DNA of 64,000 nucleotides, taken from positions 960,001-1,024,000 of the forward strand of contig CAVZJV010000014.1 of the NCBI GenBank assembly GCA_963775685.1, in the 5' to 3' direction. Below, one piece after another: positions 11,116 through 24,500 of this stretch. Numbering within the stretch: position 1 is the stretch's first letter; every line of letters starts with the position of its first letter. The position numbers and the translations under genes were made by a program. This DNA comes from Candidatus Bathyarchaeota archaeon (GTDB lineage: Archaea > Thermoproteota > Bathyarchaeia > Bathyarchaeales > Bathycorpusculaceae). Under the pieces are notes generated by a model, which was not told the origin of the DNA, ran no database searches, and worked only from the letters and a program-made list of their open reading frames with translations.

Positions 11116-13068
11116 CTACCGTAAAGCAGCGACGTACTGTTCCCACCAAGACGGAAGATAACCATGATCTGCAGGCGTAGCAGCCATACAAAAAACGCCT
11201 CCTTGCCAAGCTGTATTTGTTTCCCAAATAGCGCGGTCTAAAGACAAAGGAGCACTATAAGCTGGTCTATCACCACTTGCAGAGCGAGGCGGGCTGTAAA
11301 CAAAATTGATATCGTACATCCAATCTTTAGTGACGCCAATGAATTTCTGAGGATACGCTGCAATCAATGAAGAAAGCTGTGGGGAATTAATAAACTGGTA
11401 CCAACTATACTCGGTGCTTATCTTATCTGCGTAGGTGCATGTTCGCTCTTCAATATTATGGGTGCCTGGATTCACAAATAACAATTTGCCCATACTATGA
11501 ACGTAGTTAGCGATAGCCTCATAATAGGTTGCGTGATTCCACTGGTCGCATTCGTCAATCATAAAAGCATCAATTTCTGGACCTATGCTCATTTGATAGT
11601 CAACAGATCCCCGAATAGGATCACAAGGTATCATTTGGTGAAGCAAGTCATTTAATGAATTAAGACCTCCATTGCTCCAAAGCCGACAAACAACTTTTAC
11701 ACCATGCTCATGAAAATAGTTGATCAATGATGAGGTTAAATGGGGACCACCATAATTAGCAGCATCAACCCATATAGGTACGCCATAAGTATCTCAAACA
11801 CTAGCAATTCTCCGAGCGGTACTATCGCCAGCAGTCATCCAAAAACCAGTCCATAAATACAACTCACCCTTTGTTGATTGAGATGTCACTATTGCCGTAG
11901 GGTTATTTGTGGGAGTGGGCGTTGGGTTATTTGTGGGAGTGGGCGTTGGAGCTACAGTTGGAGAATTAGTTCCGGTTGACCCTAAATTCGCATTAATTGA
12001 ATAGACGTTGTTTTCTTGACCGTTGATACTATAGGTTGATGGGAAGCTGCCATAAGATACGTGTGTGTACCAGCTCTGGCTTGAACTGCCTGAAGAGTAA
12101 GGTAGATAACAATTAGCGTTCTTAAACCAAACCACGAAGCTGTATCTTTGACCTGCAGTTATTGAAGCTGATGATGTTGTGGGAAATGTGAACCATCCGG
12201 AAGCTTTGCTGCTAATAGTTAATTCTTGAGTACTTGCTACTATCGCTTTGTTTGTTTCAGAGTATACCGCGCATTTAACATTGTTTGATGTGGATGCACC
12301 GTTGGTTACGTATACCGTTATAGAATTCAGTGTTCCTGTGCTCGAAGCAGTAAACCTGGAGCCTACCATTAGGTTGTCAGGCTGCCAAGCAGAATAACTG
12401 CCCTGAGTTGTTTGACCAAGCGTAGACGATGATGATAATTGTGTTGGTGAAGATGAGGGACTTGGTGAAGGTGCTGTGGAAGGCGCTGGTGACAATGATG
12501 GTGATGATGTTACAACGGAACTTAATGTGCAGTATATCGAGTATACGTTATTCTCTTGTCCATATCCGCTTAAGCTGCTGTATGGCCCATTTGCGAAACT
12601 ACCTGTATATGATTGAATAACGTACCAACTTTGACCGCCATTACCAGAACTGTACCGTACTGTAGTGCCTGAATTCTTGAACCAGATCACTAAACTATAA
12701 CTCGACCCTGAAGTTAAAGAAGGTGAAGATCCAAAGTTGAAGGTCAGCCATCCATTAAATCCGGATGCGATAGTTTTTTCTTCAGTGACCGTAATTAGCT
12801 GTTTATTAGATTCTGAATAAATTGCACACTTTGCCGTATTTGATGAACTGCCTGATTGGTCGATGTAGACAGACATGCTAATAGGAGTGCCGCCAGAAGC
12901 AGTAAATTTAGAGCCAACCATTACACCTGCTGTCTGCCATGCAGAACTATTGCCTACAGCTGTTTGACCGAGAGTACTTGTTGCTGCGGACAAGCTAAGG
13001 AAAGTTGTGGATAACAAAAGTATCGAAATTAAAAGAGTTAATGCAACTATGCTTTTTTGTTGCATCAA
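11116..13068 (-). pseudogene. Secreted protein (2 x DUF4082-like beta-sandwich + spherulin-4/GH135-like domain) interrupted by one in-frame TGA at 11794-11796
   Basis: ORFs 11794-13068 and 11116-11727 share a frame; RRIASV*DTYGVPIWVDAANYGGPHLTSSLINYFH aligns without gaps to QRICAARDSSGITIWIDSGNWGSPQLTSAFINYFH of 452-1381. Confidence 0.85.
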
Positions 13069-13206
13069 ATATTCTCCTTCAAAGCAGTGAAAGACAATGA
13101 ATCTGCGTAAAGTTTGTTTTGAATCATTGTTGATTGCTTAATTTCTGAACAGTATATTTTCATTTTCTCTCTTCCTAAATTTATAGACGACTTGTCGGTT
13201 GCATTC

Positions 13207-13292
13207 TTTTTAACCTTTTTTGTAAAGTCTACTAACGTTTTCTATAAATCCTATCAAGTGTTTGCAAAGTATAATTAACAATTTTGCAAAGT
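13207..13292 (-). promoter_or_regulatory. TATA-like box plus tandem TTTGCAAAGT operator-like sites
   Basis: AAAGGTTAAAAA on the minus strand near 13213; motif copies at 13261 and 13283; same layout at 35526-35634. Confidence 0.55.
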
Positions 13293-13845
13293 TCAATATT
13301 TTGATTAAGAATTTATTTCGTACGTTCAATGCTTAAAAAAAGATGTTTGATGGAATTTAGAAAAATTGCTCTCTTCTAACCAAGTAGAGATTATTGGGAC
13401 ATTAATTTCTTTGAGAGATTACAAGTTTCTAAATATAAAAAGGAATATTGGTTTTGTGCTGAATCATAGTTTTTTAGATATTGTTTTGGTTAAATCGCAA
13501 ATACTTGAAAATCTGATACCTGAGGTAAAAATTTCGTCATAACAGGTTCTTTCTTTGAATGGAATTGCTCTACCGCTTTATTCTCAAAAAAATGCCAATT
13601 GTCTAAACCTATCTATGTATGCTCGGGCAATTGTTGAACCTATGATCTTCTATTCTCGATATCATAGGCGTCATTAAAATGCTCCTCAGATTCAACTAAC
13701 TTCTTGACCATTGACCAAAAATTGAATGCGTAAGTGTTAAAGTATGTTCCAAAACTCTCAGACTAAAACATCAACAATTAATGCAAAACTTTTGTAAATT
13801 CAGGTAGAAAATCATTTAAATAAAAATGGTAATGCAAGTTTTATG

Positions 13846-15759
<1,914 letters not shown>

Positions 15760-16132
15760 TTTCGTTTTTACTCACTTACTTACCAAGTTTCAAAAATCAT
15801 TCATAGTATTTGTCTATTAAATTAATTTTTGCATTCATTTAAAGATATAGATTCTTGTCAGCACTTTGAACTTTTTAAGAATCGACAAGGTAAACTTGCC
15901 ATAACCCAATCTTAATGAAGTAAACCCCTGCAAATTGAAAATTTTCAAGCAGGATCAACTCAATAGTCAAAAGACAATTCTAAAGGAGATGACAATCAAT
16001 ATTAGAATATTATTTTTCTACATTTTTTCCATCAATTAACTGAGAAGATATCCAAAGATTATTGCTAATCGCCCATCTTTGAAGCTTCTTCTCAAGCCGG
16101 AACATCTTCGTAGTTAATCAAAAGCAATTAAT

Positions 16133-16744
16133 CTATGCCACTGTCATATTTATCACTAAAGATACAAATCTGTTATGATATTGTGGAACCCCTAAAGTAC
16201 TATTGTAAATCCAAAGCTCAAAAATTAGGCTATAGTAAAATCCTGTTTTGTTAGTGTTCCAACCAGAAGTCTTATCGACTAAGTAATTAATTCCATTAAA
16301 ATTCATCTCACCAACCGAAGAAACGCCATTATCGAAGTTAACGTAATGTGCCTCAAATGTTAAAGGCGCTTGCCATTTTTCTCCGCTTCGCAGAAACAAG
16401 TTGTATTCATACAATGGAGCTAATGTACTGGGTAGACCAACATCTAGATTTGGCATGGAATCATTCTGACCACCAAACTTAACATAAAGTGTATAGTATT
16501 GGGAATGGCCGAGATCATTGCCTACGCCTAAATAGATCAAATTCGTGGCGCCCCCAACGACGTTGAACGGAATGTTGTCAAATGTATGACCCGGCCCAAG
16601 GATGAAGAGTTCCGAGAACTGTTGTCCTACTGGCGGTTTTATCAAAGCAGCAATCGTTGGTGACGCAAAAAAAAGAACCCCGACTAAGCCTATAGCTATA
16701 AAAATTTTCCGATAGCTATCAAGTTGCATTTTTGACACCTTCAA
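16133..16744 (-). CDS. DUF1616-like membrane-anchored protein
   Basis: N-terminal TM followed by FSELFILGP...P.N...LGVGN...YTLYVK, matching the DUF1616 extracellular domain pattern. Confidence 0.7.
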   Translation of the reverse strand: MKVSKMQLDSYRKIFIAIGLVGVLFFASPTIAALIKPPVGQQFSELFILGPGHTFDNIPFNVVGGATNLIYLGVGNDLGHSQYYTLYVKFGGQNDSMPNLDVGLPSTLAPLYEYNLFLRSGEKWQAPLTFEAHYVNFDNGVSSVGEMNFNGINYLVDKTSGWNTNKTGFYYSLIFELWIYNSTLGVPQYHNRFVSLVINMTVA

Positions 16745-16756
16745 GCACTTGCATTA

Positions 16757-16978
16757 TTATGCTCCTATAATGATGTTTATAACCCTAATCACTATGGTTG
16801 CCAAGAACAAGAAACCTGTAGCTATGGCAGCGATATCTAATTTCTTCTTGTCTAATGTAAAATCGGTTATTTCACTGAATGCAGGCGATATTTGAGCGGT
16901 TACAAGAAGAAGAATAGCACCTATTGCAAGTAATATGCTTGCATCTGTAAGGTCTAAGGGTGGAAGTTGAACTTGCAT
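16757..16978 (-). CDS. Small 2-TM membrane protein (paralog of 36219-36425)
   Basis: PLxLxDxxxLLA...LLxT...DKKKL...F.xT...R; TAATG overlap with the upstream gene. Confidence 0.8.
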   Translation of the reverse strand: MQVQLPPLDLTDASILLAIGAILLLVTAQISPAFSEITDFTLDKKKLDIAAIATGFLFLATIVIRVINIIIGA

Positions 16979-17790
16979 TATGAATTCCCTTTGATGTTTC
17001 CAAACAAATAGGTAATTTCGGTAATTCTTGTTTGGGGGTTACGAGTTTCATTTTTTATGATAACGGGTTGACCGATTACTTTGGCAAGTGCACAGGCTAT
17101 GGCGCTTGATAAAATACAGCCGATTTGTTTGTGTGCTTTTGGTTGATTATCGGTTTGCTTACAGGTTCGTTCAAATAAACTCTTGACTATTTCAATTTTT
17201 ATTGTGTTTTCGCCTATCTGAAAATTAGCTGATTCTGCAAGTTTTAATCTCTTAATCATAACATTCTCCAATGTTGGAGCAAAATCTTTGAGGGAAACGT
17301 GTGAAAATGATCTGCCGATTTGCTGTTCAAAGACTGTACACAGTGCTCCACCAGGCGGTATAAAGTAGATACCTGCTTTAATACTAACGCCCATTGAATA
17401 GTTTGTATCTTCTGATGCATGCGATTCCTCAGGGACAAAAACAATGGCGGATTCTGTTTTTTCAAGACTGGTTAATTTCTGGAAGATTCCTGGATTAGAG
17501 TTTATGAAGTCTGTTGACAAATATACACCCTTTTGAACAAGACCTTTTTGACTGAGAATACTTTCAATACCTACAGATGCGGGCTGTGCTGCGGCGCTCA
17601 CAAGTAAGGCAAGATTACTTTTCGTTGGAATTATGTAGAGTAGTATTGTTCCCCAGAATATGAGGGAGAAACCTGCTATGGCAAAGAAGGAAGAAACAAA
17701 CAATGATGAGGCTACTAATGTGGAAGCGCCGAGTAGGATTACGCTAACTATTGCCACTTTCACGATGCCAAAGTTATTCTTTTCAGACAA
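16978..17790 (-). CDS. 2-TM membrane protein with a V4R-like Cys-containing C-terminal domain (paralog of 36422-37264)
   Basis: GxxLxFWG, PPG and GCILSSAIAC motifs shared with the paralog. Confidence 0.75.
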   Translation of the reverse strand: MSEKNNFGIVKVAIVSVILLGASTLVASSLFVSSFFAIAGFSLIFWGTILLYIIPTKSNLALLVSAAAQPASVGIESILSQKGLVQKGVYLSTDFINSNPGIFQKLTSLEKTESAIVFVPEESHASEDTNYSMGVSIKAGIYFIPPGGALCTVFEQQIGRSFSHVSLKDFAPTLENVMIKRLKLAESANFQIGENTIKIEIVKSLFERTCKQTDNQPKAHKQIGCILSSAIACALAKVIGQPVIIKNETRNPQTRITEITYLFGNIKGNS

Positions 17791-17841
17791 ATACTTATCC
17801 CAATCGCAAACTCACAAATGCTCTATTCTTAAACAAATAGT

Positions 17842-20800
17842 TTATTGTTTATTATCTACGTAATAATGTTTTTTGGCGAAGAGAGAACGAAGTGTTTTAA
17901 GGCTTAGGCTTTTACCCGTAATCCGGGGTATTACAATTACAACCACCAAGATCACTGAGATTACTGCAATCAGAACAGCTGACCATAATTGAAGCCCAGA
18001 TGTTTCAGTGAAGGTTACGATAAGTTCATACGTGTTGGAATAGGTCGTGTACCAAACGTAGTAGTTGTTAGCATCTTGGTTGTAATCATAGTCTGCCAGT
18101 TGACTATTAACGTACACTGTTGGTGCTTTTCCGAAAGTTACTGCATTTTTTGGAATGGTAATGTTACAGAAGCTATAAGTTCCGCTTGGCCCAATTAGAG
18201 TCAAGCTTAAGGTTGTTCTTGAGGCTATTTGATCTGATGATATGTCAACGTTGGAAATATTGGAATCAATTATGTTCCCGCTAATGTTAATATAAACGCT
18301 TGAGCCATCGCCTGCCGTTGCCATTAGGGTTTTTAGAGTTATATCAGCAGGGTTGGGTGTTGATGACGGCGTTGGACCGTTAGTGGTTGTAGGATTAGAT
18401 GTTGATGATGGGGTAGAGGTTGCTGTTTGATGGGGAGGTGTTGTTGGAGTTATTGTTGGGGTAGCCGTTGGGGCATTCGTTACCCTAAAGACGTTGCTGG
18501 TCACTGAACGGCTTCCCTCCGTGGCAGTGATAGTTACGCTTGAACCAGCGGAAGCAACTGTTACCGAAGTGGAGCCGACACCGTTAACAAAGGCATCCAT
18601 ATTGTTTGGATTAATTGCCCCTGCAGAACAGATCAAAGACGGCGAACCGTTGTAACTTGTAGCTGTATTGTTGTAGATGTCTTTAGCGATGACTACTATT
18701 CCAAAAGAAGAACCCGCAACCTGATCGTCAACTGAACTAAAGAAAAAGTGATCAAAAACACCAGGATTAACAGAGAAAGTGTCACTCGTTCCAGACATGC
18801 CAGAGCCAGATGTTATAAGCCAAATCCCAGAACCCGCACCAGTAACCATCACCGCGCCGGTCCAAACACCGTTAGAAAAAACACCTGTAGTAGCCGGATT
18901 AATAGTGCCAGTAGAAACACTCAAAATGTTAGTTCCACTAAAGTTGGTTAGGGTGCTGTTATAAGCGTTCTTAGCTGTAATCGTTATGGTAAATGGCACA
19001 CCCGCCGTCTGAACCCCCACAGAGCTGAAAATAAAGTGGTCCAAGGGAGCAATGTTTACAGTGACAGAAACAGCAGAAGAATTCACTGAAGCACCTACAC
19101 TATCTCTCACTTGAAGAATAAAGCTCCAACTCCCAGTAGCGATGGAACCTGAAGTAACGAAATTAAAACTTGGAGAATTTGAACCCACGGCTGCATAACT
19201 TCCACCGGGAGCTTTTTGAAGCCACTGGTATGTGTAGGGGGAAGTACCTGTAGACACAGTTGTAGAAGTCAAACTACTGGTCTGGCCCTGATTAATTGTT
19301 AGTACAGAAGCAGAGATATTCGGTGCAGCCAAAGTAGGATTAACCGTGACTGATACAGCGTTGGAAACAGGAGACGTAACTGGAATAGAAGCACTGTCGG
19401 TCACTTTGCAAGTAACTGAATGTGAGGTTCCGGTTGCAACATAAGAGTAACTTGCGTTATCGCTTCCAACTGTAGAACTGTCCACGTACCATTGGTAGTG
19501 AATCGTATCTGAGCCGCCACTGGATGTAGCCGTGAACGTCTGGTTCTGACCAGCATTCATGGTGAGAGGACCAACTGGGACGATGGTAACAATTGGTGAA
19601 GTATTTACTGTTACTGACGCAGCTGGAGATTGAGCAGAAGTAGTACCTGAACTATCAGTAACAGTCACGGTTATCGAATAAGAACCCGCCGATCCGGGAG
19701 AATAACTAAATGTTGAGACAGTTTGACCACTCTGAACTGAACCATCCACATACCAATGATAACCCGAAGCCGGATAACTACCCGAACCTCCACTAGCCGT
19801 AGCCGTAAACGTCTTAGACTGCCCAACATCCATAACCCAAGCACTAGGCGACACAACAACAGCAACAGGCTCATTAACCGTTACAGACACAGCGTTTGAA
19901 GTCACAACCGCAGAAACCCCGTCAGTAACCTGAAGCTCAAAACTCCAAGTCCCCGAAGCCGTAGAACCAGACGTAACAAAAGAATAGCTAGAAGACGTAG
20001 CACCACTAATAGACAAATAAGACCCCGCACCCGGAGCCCGCTGAAGCCACTGATAAACATAAGGAGAAGTACCCGAAGACACAGCAGAAGAAGACAAAAC
20101 ACTAGTCTGACCCTGACTAACCACCCCAACAGAAGCAGAAACCGTCGGAGCAACCAAAGCAGAATTCACAACAACCGAAACCGCAGATGAGGTAACAGGC
20201 GGGGCACCAGCTGCGTCAGTAACCTGAAGCTCAAAACTCCAAGTCCCCGAAGCCGTAGAACCAGACGTAACAAAAGAATAGCTAGAAGACGTAGCACCAC
20301 TAATAGACAAATAAGACCCCGCACCCGGAGCCCGCTGAAGCCACTGATAAACATAAGGAGAAGTACCCGAAGACACAGCAGAAGAAGACAAAACACTAGA
20401 TCTGACCCTGACTAACCACCCCAACAGAAGCAGAAACCGTCGGAGCAACCAAAGCAGAATTCACAACAACCGAAACCGCAGATGAGGTAACAGGCGGGGC
20501 ACCAGCTGCGTCAGTAACCTGAAGCTCAAAACTCCAAGTCCCCGAAGCCGTAGAACCAGACGTAACAAAAGAATAGCTAGAAGACGTAGCACCACTAATA
20601 GACAAATAAGACCCCGCACCCGGAGCCCGCTGAAGCCACTGATAAACATAAGGAGAAGTACCCGAAGACACAGCAGAAGAAGACAAAACACTAGTCTGAC
20701 CCTGATCGATCTTTCCAGGAGTAGATGTCAAAGTTGGGGCTGCAAGCTCAGCATTCACAGTGACAGAAGCAGAAGATTGAGGAGAGGTGGTGCCTAAACT

Positions 20801-21355
20801 ATCGGTAACTGTTGCTGCAATCGAATAAGAACCCACTGATTTGGGTGAGAAATTAAAAGTAGACGAGGTCTGACCACCCTGGGAAACCCCATTTACATAC
20901 CAATGATAACTCGAATAAGTACCCGAACCGTTACTTGCTGTAGCTGTGAATGTCTTAGACTGCCCATCATCCATAACCCAAGTACTGGGGGATACGACAA
21001 CCGCAAGAGGAGCCATAACCGCAAAAGTTGCATCATCTGTGGTGCCTGAGGCGTCTCTGGCTAAAACCACATAGTTTCCTGGAGCAACATTTGGAACGTT
21101 GAAGGTAGCAGTAAATGGGCCCCCCGTCGAAAGGATTGGGTTTGGATTAGTATTTTGAGCTACTCCGCCAAATGTGATTGTTACGATTGAGAATATACCA
21201 AATCCGTCTCCGTTAACTGTGATTTGGTCGCCGACATAACCTGCATTCTTGCTTAAACTGATGACGCTCGCAGCTGAGGCTGTTGGCATGCTTGATAGTA
21301 GGCAGATTATTGTTGAAATTAAGATTGTTATTATTAGGATTTGAGCTTTTTTCAT
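17842..21355 (-). pseudogene. Large Ig/PKD-repeat surface protein (about 1170 aa if repaired) split by a 1-bp insertion at 20400
   Basis: Other repeat copies read ACTAGTCTGA (20101, 20690) but this copy reads ACTAGATCTGA (20395); signal peptide from ATG 21355; C-terminal TM. Confidence 0.85.
19920..20706. repeat. Near-identical 294-bp tandem repeat (98-aa Ig-like unit), about 2.7 copies
   Basis: Anchor spacing 20101 to 20395 = 294 bp; 20395 to 20690 = 295 bp. Confidence 0.92.
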
Positions 21356-21527
21356 TTTCTTTTCATGCCAATGTTTTTTGTTGGTTTGACTTGAAGTTGA
21401 GAACATGAAGGAAGGGCTGTTTTCTATGTTTTTAACCTTTTCCAATTTTATATGCTTTTAGTTTAGAGTTTTTGTAAAGCAGAAAGATAGTTTAGGTGTT
21501 GCGTTAGGCTGTTTTTTAGGGTTAGTT

Positions 21528-21610
21528 GAAATTGTTGTTGCCGTTGTCGATGCTGTTGATGTGACCCATTCTCTTAGTTGCAACAATCAGCTCAACAAAA
21601 CATTAAGAAA
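21528..21610 (-). repeat. Dispersed non-coding hairpin-like element, copy 1
   Basis: Similar to the reverse complement of 31861-31940 (AGTTGCAACAATCA core with flanking GTT runs). Confidence 0.65.
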
Positions 21611-21681
21611 ACTCACAACCCCCGACAAAACAGCACATTTCAAGAGCACAAGTCGCCAGAAAGAGTTATGCCGCCAGCAAC

Positions 21682-22182
21682 CTACATCATATCAGACTTT
21701 GCATCAAGCATCTTCTTTGTGAATGCGCGTTTAAATCGCCGCCAGACAAACAACAAACAAAGACCAAACACGACCGCGCCAACAACCGAAAAAGCCACAG
21801 TCAATAAAACACCATTTTGGGATTCAGCAAGGCTAACATTTCGCAACTTTATTGCCTCGAGATTCACCTTATCAGCCATTTGTTGAACACTCTCTGCAAT
21901 GGACGTAACATTAGTTGAATTTCCACTGTTATACGCATTTTGAGCCTCGGCTAAGAGTGCTCCTGCATTGTTTAGTTCTACCAAGAGGGGAGTAACGTTT
22001 CCGCCTGCTTTTTCAGCGTCTAAAACAGAATGGAAAGCTTGTCCAACAGCATTGTCGGCGGCCTGCAATTTTGAGACAGCTGTATCAGTTTGAGCAAAAA
22101 TATTATCCCTGATTAAAACCCAAGAACCAAGTGCCAAAAGGACAACTAATGTTACCATAAGAAATTTGAAGTAGTTACCCAT
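21682..22182 (-). CDS. Membrane protein with a helical ectodomain between N- and C-terminal TM segments
   Basis: Ala-rich amphipathic core (AEKAGGNV...LNNA..LL.EA), hydrophobic ends, WRRFKR stop-transfer. Confidence 0.8.
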   Translation of the reverse strand: MGNYFKFLMVTLVVLLALGSWVLIRDNIFAQTDTAVSKLQAADNAVGQAFHSVLDAEKAGGNVTPLLVELNNAGALLAEAQNAYNSGNSTNVTSIAESVQQMADKVNLEAIKLRNVSLAESQNGVLLTVAFSVVGAVVFGLCLLFVWRRFKRAFTKKMLDAKSDMM

Positions 22183-22478
22183 GTTTTGTTGCCTCCAAAC
22201 CGTTTAGGATCCAGATTGTTATTGATTGTCAGAGGTGTGCAAAATTTTATATATAGTTACTGTTTTTTGAGTCAATGCAAGCTTTTGAAATATTCAAGTT
22301 CTTGGTTAGCAAACTGTGTTTCCTATGAGCCAAAAGACACAGAAACCCAATATAGTGAACAGCCTTTAAAGTTGTCTAGTTGTTAAGGCTTTGTCATTAG
22401 TTTGGGTTACTATTCTCTATTCTCGATTATTCATGAAAGAAACCCTGCAGATTATTTGCCCAAACAACGGTAAATAAA

Positions 22479-22580
22479 AAAAGCCACCCTTTCCAGACAA
22501 AGCCTGCAAACACAACAAACACTAAACTAGAAAAGCAACCCAAAAACAAGTGCAAAAATTTCTGCAAAAAAACATTTCTT
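22479..22580 (+). repeat. Dispersed non-coding A/C-rich repeat, copy 1
   Basis: AAGCC..CTTTCCAG...TCTGCAAAAAAACATTTCTT is colinear with 25301-25420. Confidence 0.55.
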
Positions 22581-22720
22581 GTTCTAATAAAGAAAAAAAC
22601 TTTTCAGATAACCCATCAACCGATGGGCTCGACAAGACATCTCACTATTTCTATCCTCCAAGAACCTACTTGGGCAATTCAGAGGAAGACAAAAAATTTC
22701 AATTAAGCAGTAAAATAAGT

Positions 22721-23422
22721 TTAGGTAATTCTGTTACTGTTTTCATTTACAAATTCTAGTAGGATACGTTTAAAAATTTCAGCGCCATTTTTAACGCCTA
22801 GTTTTTTCTGACCGCGTCTTTCCCGATAGGTAATGGGAACTTCTACTATGCCAAAGCCTTCACGCTCTACATGATGATTAAGTTCAACTTCAACATCAAA
22901 CCCTTTGGACCGCACCTGCCAGTTTCTTAGAATACCAGCGCGCACCACGCGTAACCCAGTTAGTGGATCAGCCAATGAGACGCCATTTAACAAGTTGTGA
23001 GCAAAAGCGATTAACCGGTTTCCTACATAAAAAATGCTGCTTAACGCCGTTTTTTCTTCATACCCATGGAATCGGTTGCCGCAGACCATGCCAACGTCAG
23101 GAGACGTCTTTAAAATATGAATCATTTCAGGAACATACGCAGCTGGATAGGTGTAATCTGCGTCTGTTAACACAACAAAATCAACTTTTGGGTCGAGTTG
23201 CGCAACGGCTTTGGCCACCGCATCGCCTTTGCCTAATCCATCTTGAACAAAGATTTGTGCACCAAGGTTCTTAGCTACCTCAACAGTTCGGTCGCTGCTT
23301 CTTCCGTCAACTACTAAGACCCGTGAACCTTCTAGGGTGTCCATCAGCTCAGCAACAGTGAGCCCTATTCCTTCTTCCTCGTTTAACGCAGCTATGATAA
23401 CTTGCGTTTGGTGTGCATCCAT
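22721..23422 (-). CDS. GT2 dolichol-phosphate glycosyltransferase (DPM1/AglJ-like)
   Basis: IIAALNEE, VVDGRSSD, GKG, DAD.TY, VCGNR, GFDVEVE. Confidence 0.9.
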   Translation of the reverse strand: MDAHQTQVIIAALNEEEGIGLTVAELMDTLEGSRVLVVDGRSSDRTVEVAKNLGAQIFVQDGLGKGDAVAKAVAQLDPKVDFVVLTDADYTYPAAYVPEMIHILKTSPDVGMVCGNRFHGYEEKTALSSIFYVGNRLIAFAHNLLNGVSLADPLTGLRVVRAGILRNWQVRSKGFDVEVELNHHVEREGFGIVEVPITYRERRGQKKLGVKNGAEIFKRILLEFVNENSNRIT

Positions 23423-23561
23423 TCTTTCTTGAATCAGTAAGACAACCTACTTGCAGGTGCATTAAACCTTATGATTTCTCGTATTAAAACAGCTATATTC
23501 AAGCTGAAACATATCAACTTTTCAGCTCCCTAATGGTGGTCATAAACCTTTTAGCGATTTT

Positions 23562-23753
23562 TTAAGTTAAACCACAATATGCTGGAAGGGGAGTACGCAC
23601 AAACACTGATAGCTCTTTTTGAACAAACGATATCGGTTTATCTCGCGTTGACTTTTTGGGGGATCCCATTTGGCATAGGCTCCTGCCAACAAACCATATA
23701 AAGAGACCTATTGGCAGTAGCAGCATTGATTTGGTTCTATTTCGTCTTGGCAT
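23562..23753 (-). CDS. Small single-TM protein (paralog of 24273-24500)
   Basis: MPRRNR...LLLPIGLFIWFVGRSLCQMG; TATA-like TTATAAAT upstream. Confidence 0.6.
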   Translation of the reverse strand: MPRRNRTKSMLLLPIGLFIWFVGRSLCQMGSPKKSTRDKPISFVQKELSVFVRTPLPAYCGLT

Positions 23754-24272
23754 GACTTTTTGTCGGCGCATTAAATTTATAAGACTTCCTAATACGCAGA
23801 TATATACAAGGCTGCAATCCCAAAAGGTTTCTGCCACTTCGGATAGGTGATCTCGATGCCATTTTTCTCTGGTCATATCTCCTTTAATTTTCTACGTTTG
23901 TTGCTAAAAAGTTTAGCCAAAGCTCTATAAAATTCCCTCCTGAGGGAGGCGGACTCGGAAAGTGTAGCTTTAAATGGACTTTAAGTTTCTTGCGTCCTTT
24001 TTGAGTATTCATCCTTTCTGGTTTTAAATCTTTTAAGGCTTGTGCAATTCTTTCACTTGGAAAAAAATCTTTTCTGATTTAGCTTTTACAAACTAAATCT
24101 CAAAAAAAGGTCATAAAGAACAAAGAACAGCTTGTAATAGTCTGGAAAAACGTACGTAGTTTCTATTTGCTGATTCATATACGGAATCTTTCATAGCGGT
24201 TTTGGGGTCCAAAAAAAATCAATAAAACTTATATATTAAGAATTAAGTAACAATAATGTGGCAGGTAACCAA

Positions 24273-24500
24273 ATGAGCAACCTAACGACCAAACCAACCC
24301 CCAGAAAACCACGCAGCAAACTAACAAAAATCCTATCAGCTCCCTTACTCGCCATCATCTTCCTCATAGGATGGAGCCTCTACTACATCGGACAACAAAA
24401 CAACAAGCAAAAACAAAACCCCAAAAACAAAACAACTAGAAAACAAGAAGAACTCGAGCTAATCGTAATCCCAAAAGAAGAACAAACACTAACCACCTAA
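24273..24500 (+). CDS. Small single-TM protein
   Basis: RKPRSK...LSAPLLAIIFLIGWSLYYIG...QEELELIV; AAAACTTATATA promoter-like sequence near 24225. Confidence 0.7.
   Translation: MSNLTTKPTPRKPRSKLTKILSAPLLAIIFLIGWSLYYIGQQNNKQKQNPKNKTTRKQEELELIVIPKEEQTLTT

Noticed and set aside
11794-11796. Selenocysteine codon
   Set aside because: The TGA aligns with Arg in the paralog, not Cys; no redox motif or SECIS recognised
19671-20691. Leu/Arg-rich alternative-frame ORFs
   Set aside because: By-products of T/G-ending codons, which remove stops from other frames
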